This document shows, one piece after another, positions 29,620 to 39,476 of a stretch of 64,000 nt of DNA (position 1 is the stretch's first letter; every line of letters starts with the position of its first letter). This DNA is from Deltaproteobacteria bacterium (GTDB taxonomy: Bacteria > Desulfobacterota > Binatia > Binatales > Binataceae), in assembly GCA_021780225.1 (NCBI GenBank), contig JAJXZF010000045.1, forward strand, positions 1,847 to 65,846, in the 5' to 3' direction. A model generated the notes under the pieces. The model was given only the letters and a program-made list of their open reading frames with translations. It ran no database searches and had not been told where the DNA came from. A program made the translations under genes and the position numbers.

Positions 29620-30776
29620 CCCGCAGATTTCCTCTTTGCGCCGCGGCCCGATTTCGCTTCGGCGGCGGCGCGTTTGCGCAGTACTTTTTCGTAGGCCGAC
29701 TTGAGCCGCGCCATCATCTCCTCGCGCCGTTCGTACAACCGGCGCGGTTTGCGCGCCTTGCGGCGGGCGAGCGCGTAGGCCGTGATCAGCGGCAGCGCGA
29801 CTGTGCTATCGACGTAGCAGACCACCGAATCGGGCAATCGGTCGGGGTCTATTTTACCCCAACTGACCGCTTCGGCCGGAGTCGCGCCGGAAAGTCCGCC
29901 GGTGTCGGGCCGCGCGTCGGTCACCTGCAGGAAATAGTCGTGGCCTTTTTCCGCCACGCCCATCACTTCCTGAATCTGGGGTTCGGTCTGCAACACGAAA
30001 TTTTTCGGCGAGCCGCCGCCGAGGATGAACACCGCCGACTTCATCCCGCGCGCCTTCGCGTCGTACACGATCGCGGCGGTTTCGTTGACGTCGCTCAGCG
30101 GGTCGATGCGCAGCTCGTAGCCTTCGATTTCGAGCGCCGCGAGATTCATCCCGATCGACGAATCCCCCGGCGACGAGGTGTAGACCGGCAGCGCGTGCTT
30201 GTGCGCCGCCGCCAGCAGCGAGCGGCGTTCCAGCTTGAGCACGCGCTCGCGCTCGGCGACGTAGCGGCCGGCGAGGTAATGGAACTCCGCCGTGCCCATC
30301 GCGCGCTGAAACTCGGGTTGGCGCGCGACTTCGCGGAAAAAAGCGTCGGTGGAGAGCAGCACGCGGTAATCGAAAAATATATCGTAAATCCGGACCACGC
30401 CCGCCTTGCGCAGCGCGACGTCGTCGGCCTCCGCCGAACCCTGGTACATCTTCAGGCCCAGTCCGAAATGCGCGTCGTGGTAGAGATTGGCGCCCGTCGA
30501 GACCATCCAATCGACAAAACCATTTTCGATCAGGGGAATGATGCAGGACATGCCGAGTCCGGCCGGCGTCAAGGCGCCGGTCAGACTGACGCCGACGATG
30601 ACATCCTCCGCGAGCATCTTCTCGGCAAACAGGCGGCATGCTTCGCGCAGGCGGCGGCCGTTATAGGCAAGAAAGGCGGTATCGACCAGATCCGCCGCGG
30701 ACATGCGTCCGGTGACTCCGGCGGGATTGATGCGAGCGCCGGCGATCCGCTCGACAGACGGTGTATTGCGGGCCAT
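29616..30776 (-). CDS. Deoxyhypusine synthase-like protein (SpeY/homospermidine synthase type)
   Basis: [56 protein letters not shown] (catalytic Lys region). Confidence 0.92.
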   Translation of the reverse strand: MARNTPSVERIAGARINPAGVTGRMSAADLVDTAFLAYNGRRLREACRLFAEKMLAEDVIVGVSLTGALTPAGLGMSCIIPLIENGFVDWMVSTGANLYHDAHFGLGLKMYQGSAEADDVALRKAGVVRIYDIFFDYRVLLSTDAFFREVARQPEFQRAMGTAEFHYLAGRYVAERERVLKLERRSLLAAAHKHALPVYTSSPGDSSIGMNLAALEIEGYELRIDPLSDVNETAAIVYDAKARGMKSAVFILGGGSPKNFVLQTEPQIQEVMGVAEKGHDYFLQVTDARPDTGGLSGATPAEAVSWGKIDPDRLPDSVVCYVDSTVALPLITAYALARRKARKPRRLYERREEMMARLKSAYEKVLRKRAAAEAKSGRGAKRKSAG

Positions 30777-30992
30777 CGAAGTTCCGTTAAGCCGGCCTCG
30801 GGCGGGCCGGGCTGGCGCTGGAGATTGAACCGTCATCCTAGCGATCGCCGCATATCGATTCCATGTAGCGGCATCATTGGCGGATTAGCGCCGTGAGGCT
30901 CCGATTCCGGCGCGTCGGATGAATTTGGCTGATTTGCGCATCAGCGGCCATCGCCCTAAGATTGGCCTTGGGGATTGTTCTCGGGGGTTTCT

Positions 30993-31814
30993 ATGGCGAT
31001 CATTGCGATTACCCAGCATATCGGCACGCGCGCCGATGAGCTGGGCCGGCTTGTTGCCGAGCGGCTCGGCTATCGGTTCCTGAATTCCCAGATGGTCATC
31101 GACGAGGCGGCGAGGCGATTCAACGCGCCGCCGGAACAGCTTATCGTCGCCGATGAACGCAGGCCGCATTTCTGGGAGCGGCTTAAGACCGATACCGCGC
31201 GATTCATTCCGCTGTTCCGGGCCACGACGCTCAAATTTATGGCGGCTGACAACCTGGTGATCCTCGGCCGGTCGGTCGCGATTTTATTGCCGGATGCCGG
31301 GATGGGTTTGCGTGTACGGCTGGTGGCGCCGCTCAAGGAGCGGACCGCCGCCGTTGCGATCGAGGAGAATCTTGCCGCCGCTGTGGCCGAGCGGCGGGTG
31401 CGCGATTACGACCGGGAGATTCGCGCGCGCATGCAGACTTTGTTCAACGTCGACATCGAAGATCCTCTAAGCCATCATCTGACGCTCAATATCCACGCCA
31501 CGCCGCTTGCCACGCTTTTGACGATGCTGACCGAGGCGGCGGCGGAAATCGATCGCGCCGCGCCGGCGGACGGCCGCCAGAAATTGTGCGACGAGGCGCT
31601 CGCGGCTGAAGTCCGCGCGACTCTGATGTCCCATCCGAAGATCGGTCACGCGCCGCTCGAAGTGAATTGCCTGGGCGGGAAGGTGCGGGTCAACGGTCCC
31701 GGATTGGTGCCGCCGTGGGACGACCTGATCGGCAGAGTGGCGCGCAACGTCGAAGGCGTCAGCGCCGTCGAGGTCAATGCCGAAGAGGCCGCGGCGCCGG
31801 TTCGTCCCGCCTGA
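30993..31814 (+). CDS. Cytidylate kinase-like family protein with C-terminal BON-like domain
   Basis: MAIIAITQHIGT..ELG..VAERLGY, VILGR, RVRLVAP..ER, DP..H.LTLN; C-terminal LAAEVRATL...VARNVEGVSAVE. Confidence 0.75.
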   Translation: MAIIAITQHIGTRADELGRLVAERLGYRFLNSQMVIDEAARRFNAPPEQLIVADERRPHFWERLKTDTARFIPLFRATTLKFMAADNLVILGRSVAILLPDAGMGLRVRLVAPLKERTAAVAIEENLAAAVAERRVRDYDREIRARMQTLFNVDIEDPLSHHLTLNIHATPLATLLTMLTEAAAEIDRAAPADGRQKLCDEALAAEVRATLMSHPKIGHAPLEVNCLGGKVRVNGPGLVPPWDDLIGRVARNVEGVSAVEVNAEEAAAPVRPA

Positions 31815-31896
31815 CCGGCGGCTCCGTTGCGGGCCAGGCATCGGCTGGACGCTTCGGGCTGCGCCGTCGCGGCGAGAATGATATCGTCGGCGCGCC

Positions 31897-32370
31897 GTGC
31901 GCAGCGTAACCCGTCGAATCGTGATTTTTCTGGCGACCGGCGCCGGCAGCGGCTACGCGCCGATCGCTTCGGGGACCGCGGGCTCGGTCGTGGGACTCGC
32001 GCTGGCCTATTTTGTCCTCGCCCCGATTTGGCAAGCCTATCCGCTGGGTTTCGCCCTATGCTTCGGAATCGCGTTCATCGGCGGATGCGGCGTCGCCGGC
32101 GCCGCCGAACGGATTTTAGGCGAGCATGACAGCTCGAAAATCGTGCTGGATGAAATCTTCGGGATGGTCGCGGCGATGTTCTTGAATCCGTCCGGCGTTC
32201 CATGGGTCGCCGCGAGTTTCGTCATTTTTCGTTTTTTCGATATCGTCAAACCCTTTCCGGCCAGTTATTTTGACCGCCGGGTCGGCGGCGGCGCGGGCGT
32301 GATGCTTGACGATTTGGCCGCGGGCATCTATGCCAACCTGATGCTGCAGGCCGCGCGCCGGCTGCTATAA
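31897..32370 (+). CDS. pgpA: Phosphatidylglycerophosphatase A
   Basis: GYAPIASGTAGS, HDSSKIVLDE, FRFFDIVKPFP, GVMLDDLAAG. Confidence 0.95.
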   Translation: MRSVTRRIVIFLATGAGSGYAPIASGTAGSVVGLALAYFVLAPIWQAYPLGFALCFGIAFIGGCGVAGAAERILGEHDSSKIVLDEIFGMVAAMFLNPSGVPWVAASFVIFRFFDIVKPFPASYFDRRVGGGAGVMLDDLAAGIYANLMLQAARRLL

Positions 32371-32411
32371 GGTCAGTTTGGCGGCGCCGACGGCCGCCCA
32401 AGGAGCGAGCC

Positions 32412-33695
32412 ATGATCGAACGTGCCGTGATTCTTTCCACCGGCGATGAAATCACCACCGGCAAGGTGCTGGACAGCAACGCGAACTACCTGGCCGACAA
32501 GCTCAACGAAATCGGCGTCGATCTAGTCGCCGTGATTACGGTGGGCGACGTGCACGAACGGCTCGAATGGGCATGGCGGACCGCGATGGATATGGCCGAC
32601 GTGGTGCTCTCGACCGGCGGTATCGGCCCGACCGCCGACGATTTGACCACGGAGACGATCGCGCGCCTGACCGGCAAAAAATTGTGGCGCCATGAACCGT
32701 CCGTCGAACACATGCGCCGGCTGTTCGAGTCGGTCGGCCGGGTGATGCCGGAGAACAATATCAAGCAGGCGCTCTTTCCCGAGACCGCCGAGGTGATTCC
32801 CAATCCGCTCGGAACGGCGCCGGGGTTTCGGATGCCGGTCTTGATGAAGGACCATACGGCCCATCTGGTCGTGATGCCGGGCGTGCCGCGCGAAATGAAG
32901 CCGATGTTCGAGAACGAGGTGATCCCGTGGATTCGGCAGAACCGCGGCTCGGACAAAATCTTCGCCACGCGCATTTTCCAGACCTTCGGCATCAGCGAAT
33001 CCGGTCTCGATCAGGCGGTCGCCGGCTTGATCCGGCCGGAGGAGGCCAAGGTCGGCTTTCGCGCGAGCTTTCCGCAGATTTCGATGAAGGTGATGGTCGA
33101 GGACGCGCCCGGACGCGCCGAGCGGCGGCTGGAGGAATTGAGCGAGCGGGTGCGCGCCCGCGTCGGCGAGTTTATTTATGCCGAGGGCGAGCGTTCGATG
33201 GAGGAAGTGATCTGCGAACTTTACACCGAGAAACAGCTCAAACTCGCGATCGCCGAATCGTGCACCGGCGGCCTGATCGGCCATCGCATCACCAACGTGG
33301 CTGGCAGCTCGAACTACTTTTGCGGCGACTTCGTGACCTATTCGAATGAACTCAAAAGCGGATTGCTCGGCGTGAAAGAGACGACCCTGAGGGAATTCGG
33401 CGCGGTCAGCGTCGAGTGCGTGCGCGAGATGGCGGCCGGAGCGCGCGCCGCGGCCAACGCCGGCGTCGCGATCGCGACCTCCGGCGTCGCGGGACCGGCC
33501 GGCGGCACGCCCGAGCATCCGGTCGGCACGGTCTGCGTCGCGCTGGATTCGGAATCGGTCAAGGCGTCGCGGCGCTTCAACCTGCGCGGCAATCGCGAGT
33601 GGATCAAGCTGCTGACTTCGCAGGTGGCGCTGGATTGGCTGCGGCGCTATGCGCTCGGGATGCCGATCGGAGAATCCGCGCTTTTCCGCAAATGA
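32412..33695 (+). CDS. cinA: CinA (MoCF-like domain + PncC NMN deamidase)
   Basis: GDEITTG..DSNA, TGGIGPTADDLT, GTAPG, PGVPREM, AESCTGG, GAVS, GVAGPAGG..PVGTV. Confidence 0.95.
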   Translation: MIERAVILSTGDEITTGKVLDSNANYLADKLNEIGVDLVAVITVGDVHERLEWAWRTAMDMADVVLSTGGIGPTADDLTTETIARLTGKKLWRHEPSVEHMRRLFESVGRVMPENNIKQALFPETAEVIPNPLGTAPGFRMPVLMKDHTAHLVVMPGVPREMKPMFENEVIPWIRQNRGSDKIFATRIFQTFGISESGLDQAVAGLIRPEEAKVGFRASFPQISMKVMVEDAPGRAERRLEELSERVRARVGEFIYAEGERSMEEVICELYTEKQLKLAIAESCTGGLIGHRITNVAGSSNYFCGDFVTYSNELKSGLLGVKETTLREFGAVSVECVREMAAGARAAANAGVAIATSGVAGPAGGTPEHPVGTVCVALDSESVKASRRFNLRGNREWIKLLTSQVALDWLRRYALGMPIGESALFRK

Positions 33696-33707
33696 TCGGA
33701 TGGTCAT

Positions 33708-33751
33708 GCGATCGGACGAACGGCCGCGCACGCGGCCGTTCGTCCGATCGC
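33708..33751. repeat. Perfect 21-bp inverted repeat with a 2-nt loop
   Basis: GCGATCGGACGAACGGCCGCG-CA-CGCGGCCGTTCGTCCGATCGC, just after the cinA stop; no U-tract. Confidence 0.9.
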
Positions 33752-33997
33752 GATTCGATAGCGCCGCGAAATCGCCGCGGCGGAATGTCCGAATTTCCCA
33801 TCGAATTGCTTGATTAATAGGGCGATGCTTAAACCCTTTCTCGCCCAGCGGTTTAATTGATCGTCCGGCGGGCGCCCATTCTCCCGATTGTCTATCGTCC
33901 AACTCCCAACTAGCATTTTGACCAATGACGCGCCGCCGCCGCGTCATTCCATTCGACGGAGGAACCGGATGATTCGGAAATCTCGGATAATTGCGCC

Positions 33998-34825
33998 ATG
34001 TTGACGATCCTGGGCGGGCTGTTGGCGCTTGCGATTCTCGCTGGCTTCGTCGGCGCGCTCTCGGGACTGGGCGGCGGCGTCTTTATCGTTCCGGGATTGG
34101 TGATACTGGCGCATGTGCCGATGCAGGTCGCGGTCGGCGCGAGCCTGATCTCGGTGGTTGCGACCAGCGCCGGCGCCAGCGTCGCGTTTGTGCGCGACGG
34201 ATGGACCAATCTGCGCGTCGCCATCATCCTGGAGTGCGCGACAGTGACCGGAGCGCTGACGGGGGCTTATCTCGCCGGCGTGATCTCGCAGCCGGTGCTC
34301 GAGATGCTGTTCGCGCTGATGATGCTGCAATCGGCTTATTATTCGATCACCAAGCACGGAGACGAATTGCTGTCCCAGTCCGACCCCCTCTGCGAGCGGC
34401 TGCGGCTGGGCGGCGAAGTCCCCGGCGACGACGGCCGGATGACGCCGTACGGCGTGAGAAATTTGCCCGGCGGCGCGGCGCTGATGGTTATCGCGGGCGT
34501 GATGTCGGGATTGCTGGGAATCGGGTCCGGCGCGCTTAAAGTCGCCGCGATGGACCATCTCATGAAACTGCCACTCAAGGTTTCGAGCGCGACCAGCAAT
34601 TTTATGATCGGCGTTACCGCCGGGGCTGGCGCGCTGGTCTTTCTCTCGCGCGGCGACGTCGCCGCGGCTGTCGCCGCGCCGGTCGCGATCGGCGTTACCG
34701 GCGGCGCTTTGCTGGGCAGCCGCATACTGCCGCACGCCAATGTCGGTTATCTGCGCAAACTGTTCGCCACCATTCTCGTCCTGATCGCAGTCGAGATGGG
34801 TTGGCGGGCGCTTTCCGGAATATGA
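33998..34825 (+). CDS. Sulfite exporter TauE/SafE family
   Basis: GALSGLGGGVFIVP, SGLLGIGSG..KV.AMD..M.LP.KVSSATSNFMIGVTA. Confidence 0.92.
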   Translation: MLTILGGLLALAILAGFVGALSGLGGGVFIVPGLVILAHVPMQVAVGASLISVVATSAGASVAFVRDGWTNLRVAIILECATVTGALTGAYLAGVISQPVLEMLFALMMLQSAYYSITKHGDELLSQSDPLCERLRLGGEVPGDDGRMTPYGVRNLPGGAALMVIAGVMSGLLGIGSGALKVAAMDHLMKLPLKVSSATSNFMIGVTAGAGALVFLSRGDVAAAVAAPVAIGVTGGALLGSRILPHANVGYLRKLFATILVLIAVEMGWRALSGI

Positions 34826-35244
34826 TGAATCAGCCTGAACGCTACTCGCCGTCGCCGTCGGACGCTGAAGAAGACCGTATCCTGCGCACCTGGACGCCGC
34901 TGATGCTGCGCACGGTCTTGATCGTCAGCACGATCGTTTTGATCGTGGGGATCGCCGCCACCGTCCTGCACTCGCCCGGCTTCTATATCGATCGATTTCA
35001 CGCCCTGCAAAGGGGCCAAATGCACGCGACCGAACAATTTTCGATGATTATCCGCCAAGCCGCCGCCGGCGACCCGCACGCGATCATGACGATCGGACTC
35101 TATGTTTTGACCCTGGTGCCGCTGGTGCGCGTCGCCTTTACTTTCGTGTTGTTTTTGAAAGATCGCGATTATATCTACGTGGCGGCGACCGCCTACGTTC
35201 TGAGCGGACTTATCCTGGGCATGGCGCTCGGCCGAATCGGCTGA
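34822..35244 (+). CDS. DUF1634-like membrane protein (usual TauE partner)
   Basis: ATGA overlap with tauE; G..VL...P..RV....F....D..Y pattern. Confidence 0.75.
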   Translation: MMNQPERYSPSPSDAEEDRILRTWTPLMLRTVLIVSTIVLIVGIAATVLHSPGFYIDRFHALQRGQMHATEQFSMIIRQAAAGDPHAIMTIGLYVLTLVPLVRVAFTFVLFLKDRDYIYVAATAYVLSGLILGMALGRIG

Positions 35245-35295
35245 GCGCGATTCCGTCGAACGAATTTTCGGCCGGTGCCGACCGGAGGGGGAACC

Positions 35296-36072
35296 ATGGA
35301 CGTAAAGGGCAAGACGGCGGTCATTACCGGCGGCGCGTCGGGAATTGGCCGCGCCACGGCGGAACTGCTCGCGCGCAAGGGGGCTGCCGTCGTGATCGCC
35401 GATCTGGTCGAGGCGCAGGGCGCCGAGACCGTCAAGGAGATCGAAACGGCTGGCGGGCGCGCCGCGTTCATCAAGGCCGACGTTACTGACGAAGATGACG
35501 CGCGCCGGATGCTCGAGCTGGCCGTAAATCGGTTCGGCAGCCTCGATATCCTTTACAACAACGCCGGTATCGCCGTCGGCCTGCCCGGCTATCCGCTGGC
35601 CGCAATCAAGCGGTGGCGGCGCGTGATCGATATCGATTTGCAGGCGGTGATTCTCGGCTGCCACCTGGCGGCGCCGATGATGGACCCGAAAGGCGGCGTC
35701 ATCATCAACACGGCTTCGATGGCGGGGCTTTATCCGTACAAGGAAGATCCGGTTTACGGCGCCGCGAAGGCGGGAGTGGTGAATTTCACCTACTCGCTCG
35801 CTCCGTGGGCGGCCAAACGCAATATCCGGGTGAACTGCGTATGCCCCGGAGTGGTCGATACCCCTCTGGTCCGCCGGGGCATCGAAGCGGCCAAGCGAGC
35901 CGGGCACACCGCCGGCATCCCGGCCAAGATTCTACAGCCGATTCAGATAGCCGAAGCGGTTTTGCGGCTAATCGAGGATGACAGTCTGTTCGGACGCGCT
36001 ATCGAGGTTCGACCCACGGGACCGAGGCTGGTCGAGACCCCCGCCGCACCCGGATCGCGCGGCAAACCCTGA
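35296..36072 (+). CDS. Short-chain dehydrogenase/reductase
   Basis: TGGASGIG, NNAG, YGAAK, NCVCPG. GGAGG RBS. Confidence 0.93.
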   Translation: MDVKGKTAVITGGASGIGRATAELLARKGAAVVIADLVEAQGAETVKEIETAGGRAAFIKADVTDEDDARRMLELAVNRFGSLDILYNNAGIAVGLPGYPLAAIKRWRRVIDIDLQAVILGCHLAAPMMDPKGGVIINTASMAGLYPYKEDPVYGAAKAGVVNFTYSLAPWAAKRNIRVNCVCPGVVDTPLVRRGIEAAKRAGHTAGIPAKILQPIQIAEAVLRLIEDDSLFGRAIEVRPTGPRLVETPAAPGSRGKP

Positions 36073-36187
36073 GTGCGAGCCGATTTGGCTTTCCTGATCC
36101 AGAGGCGCAATCTGGCATGGAACGAAGAGGAAAACGCTCGCCGGCGAGATGAACTCGACGGCGAGCGCCAAATCACCGAACGATCCG

Positions 36188-36406
36188 TCAGTTGCCGCGC
36201 ATCGGCTCGTCGGCCGGCTTCATGTTGCGCTCAAGGCACCAACGATCGATTACTTCCGCATTGAAGCGCCAGTCGGTTCCAATCCGGAATCCCGGCAGCT
36301 CGCCGCGACGCAGCAGTTTGTAAATCGTCGAAGGGTGGACGCGCAGGTACGCCGAAAGTTCCCGAACCGTCATCACGCGAGGCAAATTGTATTTCACTTC
36401 GGCCAC
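36188..36406 (-). CDS. Small excisionase-like (HTH_17) DNA-binding protein
   Basis: VMTVRELSAYLRVHPSTIYKLLRRGELPGFRIGTDWRF..IDRW. GGAG RBS before GTG. Confidence 0.88.
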   Translation of the reverse strand: MAEVKYNLPRVMTVRELSAYLRVHPSTIYKLLRRGELPGFRIGTDWRFNAEVIDRWCLERNMKPADEPMRGN

Positions 36407-36681
36407 GGTATTTCTCCGATCACCACCACGTTATTCATGGCTGATGAGCCAAGGATTCGCAGTGGTATTTTAGCTTTCCAAACTTCAAGGCTGAACTAAG
36501 CCCGTTTTGACAACATCAAACGTAGCGAAAAGTACAATTGTGGGTCAAGAGGGAATTCTTGGCTTATTCGCGCTTTATCGATCTTGAACGAACGAAGCCG
36601 ATCTCTTTGCCAGCCGCTGGCAATCGAACCCGAATCAGATTATTGCGAAATTGCACCGGTTTATAATGAGGTGACACGCCT

Positions 36682-37236
36682 ATGCGTCGGCAAATTCTGG
36701 CACGAGCAGTGGCCGCAGGAATCTGTGGATTGACGTTTGGTGGGTTAAAATCGGTCAACGCGCAACCCAGTCCGCCCAAGTTCACGCTCCATAGCGCCGA
36801 CTTCGCTCCCGGCGCGCCGATTCCCACGGCCGACACCTGCTCAGGCGCGAACCGCTCTCCGGCATTGAACTGGAGCGGCGCGCCCACCGGCGTCAAGTCC
36901 TTCGCCTTGTTGGTGACTGATCCTGACGCGCCGATGGGAGTTTACAAGCACTGGATTGTCTACAATTTGTCGCCGGCCACCGACCGTCTTCCAGCCAATC
37001 TTCCCGCCACGCCGACGATCGCCGGCGGTGGAGTCCAAGGCACGAACGAACGGGGCACGATCGGCTATCACGGGCCGTGTCCGCCGCCCGGCCCGGCGCA
37101 TCACTACCATTTCCGGCTTTATGCGCTTGACGAGATGCTTGACCTCAAGCCCGGAGCCACCAACGACGAAGTCGAAGCGGCGATGAAGGGACACGAACTG
37201 GCGGCGACGGACCTGGTAGGAACCTTCGCGCGCTAG
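36682..37236 (+). CDS. YbhB/YbcL (PEBP/RKIP) family periplasmic protein
   Basis: Signal peptide; SPALNW, DPDAP, HW, YHGPCPP, HHYHFRLYALD. Confidence 0.93.
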   Translation: MRRQILARAVAAGICGLTFGGLKSVNAQPSPPKFTLHSADFAPGAPIPTADTCSGANRSPALNWSGAPTGVKSFALLVTDPDAPMGVYKHWIVYNLSPATDRLPANLPATPTIAGGGVQGTNERGTIGYHGPCPPPGPAHHYHFRLYALDEMLDLKPGATNDEVEAAMKGHELAATDLVGTFAR

Positions 37237-37331
37237 CCGCCGGTCAGCGCGCGCGATAGGCGTACGCATTGGCGCCCCGATGCCGCGAGTGGGTTTGACG
37301 GCGCCGGCGCGGAGCGCAAGGAGGCGTGGAC

Positions 37332-38789
37332 ATGAGCGAATTGTCGCGCGGCGCGGCGGTACGCGCCCGCCTGAACCATCCGGTAATCGACACCGACGGC
37401 CATACCGCGGAATTCGAGCCGTTGTTCTTCGACTATCTGCGCGCAGCGGGCGGCGGCGGAATCGTCGAACGCTACAAGCGCGCGCCCGACAGCGGCTTTT
37501 CTTTCGCCTGGAACCGGATGGACCGCGCGGAACGGCGCGACGCCCGCACGCCGCGTCCGAACTGGTGGGCCCATCCGACCAAAAACACTCTCGACCGCGC
37601 GACCAGTTCGCTGCCGCGGCTGATGCGCGAGCGGCTGCCCGAGATGGGCCTGGATTTTTCGATAATTTACCCGAGTCTGGGCTTGAATTCGCCGCATATC
37701 GGCGACGAGGAGTTGCGCCGCGCCGCCTGCCGCGCGCTCAACAACTACCATGCCGGCGTATTCGCCGAATGCGCGGATCGGCTGACGCCGGCCGCGGTTA
37801 TTCCGATGCATACGCCGGCCGAGGCGCTCGCGGAACTGGACCATGCGATCGGCCGGCTCAAGCTCAAAACGATCGTGATGCCCGCGTACGTGCGGCGGCC
37901 GATTCCCGCGCTGGCGCGGCGCGCTCCGGAACTGGCGGCCCAGCTTTCGTGGTTCGACTCCTACGGAATCGACAGCGAGCATGATTACGATCCGGTATGG
38001 GCGCGATGCGGCGCGCTGGGCGTCGCCCCGACCTTTCATTCCAAAAGCACGGGCATCGGCTTTCGCGGGTCGATTTCCAACTTTATGCACAATCATATCG
38101 GCCACTTCGCCGCGTCCGCCGAGGCGGTCTGCAAGTCGCTTTTCTTCGGCGGCGTGACGCGGCGCTTCCCGGCGCTCAATTTCGCCTTTCAAGAGGGTGG
38201 CGTGGGATGGGCGCGCGTACTCTATGGCGACCTGATCGGCCACTGGAAAATGCATCGCGTGGCCGTGCTCGACAATTTCGATCCGGCGCGGCTGGACCGG
38301 CGCCTGTTCGTCGATTTGTGCCGGCGCTGGGGCGGCGATCGTTTCGCCGATCGTTTTCCCGAAACTCGCGACGATCGGTCGGACGTGATGTGGGGCGCGG
38401 CGGAGGATCCGGCCGACCTCGACGAGTTCGCGCGGCTCGGAATCGAACGGGCCGAGGACTTCCGCGATCTTTTTACGCGCAATTTCTATTTCGGATGCGA
38501 GGGCGACGACGACGTGACCGCCTGGGCCTTCGCTTCGCTGCGGATTCCGTTCGGCGCCCGGCTCAACGCGATCTTCGGCTCCGATATCGGCCATCGCGAT
38601 CTCTTCGACATGCGCGACGCGGCGGCCGAACCGTGGGAGCTGGTCGAGCGCGGCCTGCTCGACGAGTCGGATTTCCGCGATTTCGTCTTTGTCAATCCGG
38701 TGCGCTTGCACGGCGGCATGAACCGCGACTTTTTCAAAGGCACGGCGGTGGAAAGCGCCGCCGGCCGCCTGCTCGACGAAACGCTTTAG
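37332..38789 (+). CDS. Amidohydrolase family 2 protein
   Basis: IDTDGH metal motif, YPS, PTFH, HNHIGHFA, EGGVGW, GSDIGH.D. AAGGAGG RBS. Confidence 0.85.
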   Translation: MSELSRGAAVRARLNHPVIDTDGHTAEFEPLFFDYLRAAGGGGIVERYKRAPDSGFSFAWNRMDRAERRDARTPRPNWWAHPTKNTLDRATSSLPRLMRERLPEMGLDFSIIYPSLGLNSPHIGDEELRRAACRALNNYHAGVFAECADRLTPAAVIPMHTPAEALAELDHAIGRLKLKTIVMPAYVRRPIPALARRAPELAAQLSWFDSYGIDSEHDYDPVWARCGALGVAPTFHSKSTGIGFRGSISNFMHNHIGHFAASAEAVCKSLFFGGVTRRFPALNFAFQEGGVGWARVLYGDLIGHWKMHRVAVLDNFDPARLDRRLFVDLCRRWGGDRFADRFPETRDDRSDVMWGAAEDPADLDEFARLGIERAEDFRDLFTRNFYFGCEGDDDVTAWAFASLRIPFGARLNAIFGSDIGHRDLFDMRDAAAEPWELVERGLLDESDFRDFVFVNPVRLHGGMNRDFFKGTAVESAAGRLLDETL

Positions 38790-38847
38790 CGTGCGCCTGA
38801 CGCCCGCGGCGCTGCGTATAACCCAGCGGCGTGCTAAACATTAACGG

Positions 38848-39456
38848 ATGCGGTTGGACGCCGAATTTGCCGCTTCCGCGCTGGAATACTCCGTCTGTCC
38901 GCGCTGGAGCCGCGCCGAAGTCGCGCTCGCGGGCCGCTCCAACGTCGGCAAAAGCTCTTTGCTCAACGCGCTCGCCCAAGCGAAAGGGCTGGCGCGCACC
39001 AGCAAAACGCCCGGTCGGACCCGCTGCTTGAATTTTTTTTCCGTCGGCGAGGATTGGGCGCTGGTCGATCTGCCCGGTTACGGCTATGCGCGGATGGGAC
39101 GAGCGGAAGCCGCCACCATCGGCGCTTTGATGCGCGAATATTTGCGCCGCCGGCCAAATCTTGCCGCGCTGGCGATCTTAATCGACGCGCGGCGCGGGCC
39201 TGAAGATGAAGAGTTGGCGCTGGCCGCGGAAGCTCGGGAGCGTGGGCTCGAATTGATTGTCGTCGCCACCAAATTCGACAAGCTCAAAAATTCCGCGCGC
39301 GCCGCCGCGCTCAAGCGCTTCGCTCCGCTCGCCGCCGAGCCGATCGCATGTTCGGCGCTGACCGGCGAAGGTATCGAGCGCCTGCGCGGCCGAATTCGCG
39401 ATTGCGCCCGCCGCGCGCCCGGCGGCGGCCGGCCAAAGCCGCACGCGGCGGCCTGA
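38848..39456 (+). CDS. engB: Ribosome biogenesis GTPase YihA/YsxC
   Basis: GRSNVGKSS, SKTPGRT, DLPGYG, TKFDK. Confidence 0.95.
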   Translation: MRLDAEFAASALEYSVCPRWSRAEVALAGRSNVGKSSLLNALAQAKGLARTSKTPGRTRCLNFFSVGEDWALVDLPGYGYARMGRAEAATIGALMREYLRRRPNLAALAILIDARRGPEDEELALAAEARERGLELIVVATKFDKLKNSARAAALKRFAPLAAEPIACSALTGEGIERLRGRIRDCARRAPGGGRPKPHAAA

Positions 39457-39476
39457 CCGCCACGCCGGTTGCATCC

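Noticed and set aside
36188-36406. Excisionase-like gene as a prophage/ICE marker
   Set aside because: No integrase, att site, tRNA or phage genes nearby; more likely a stand-alone regulator.
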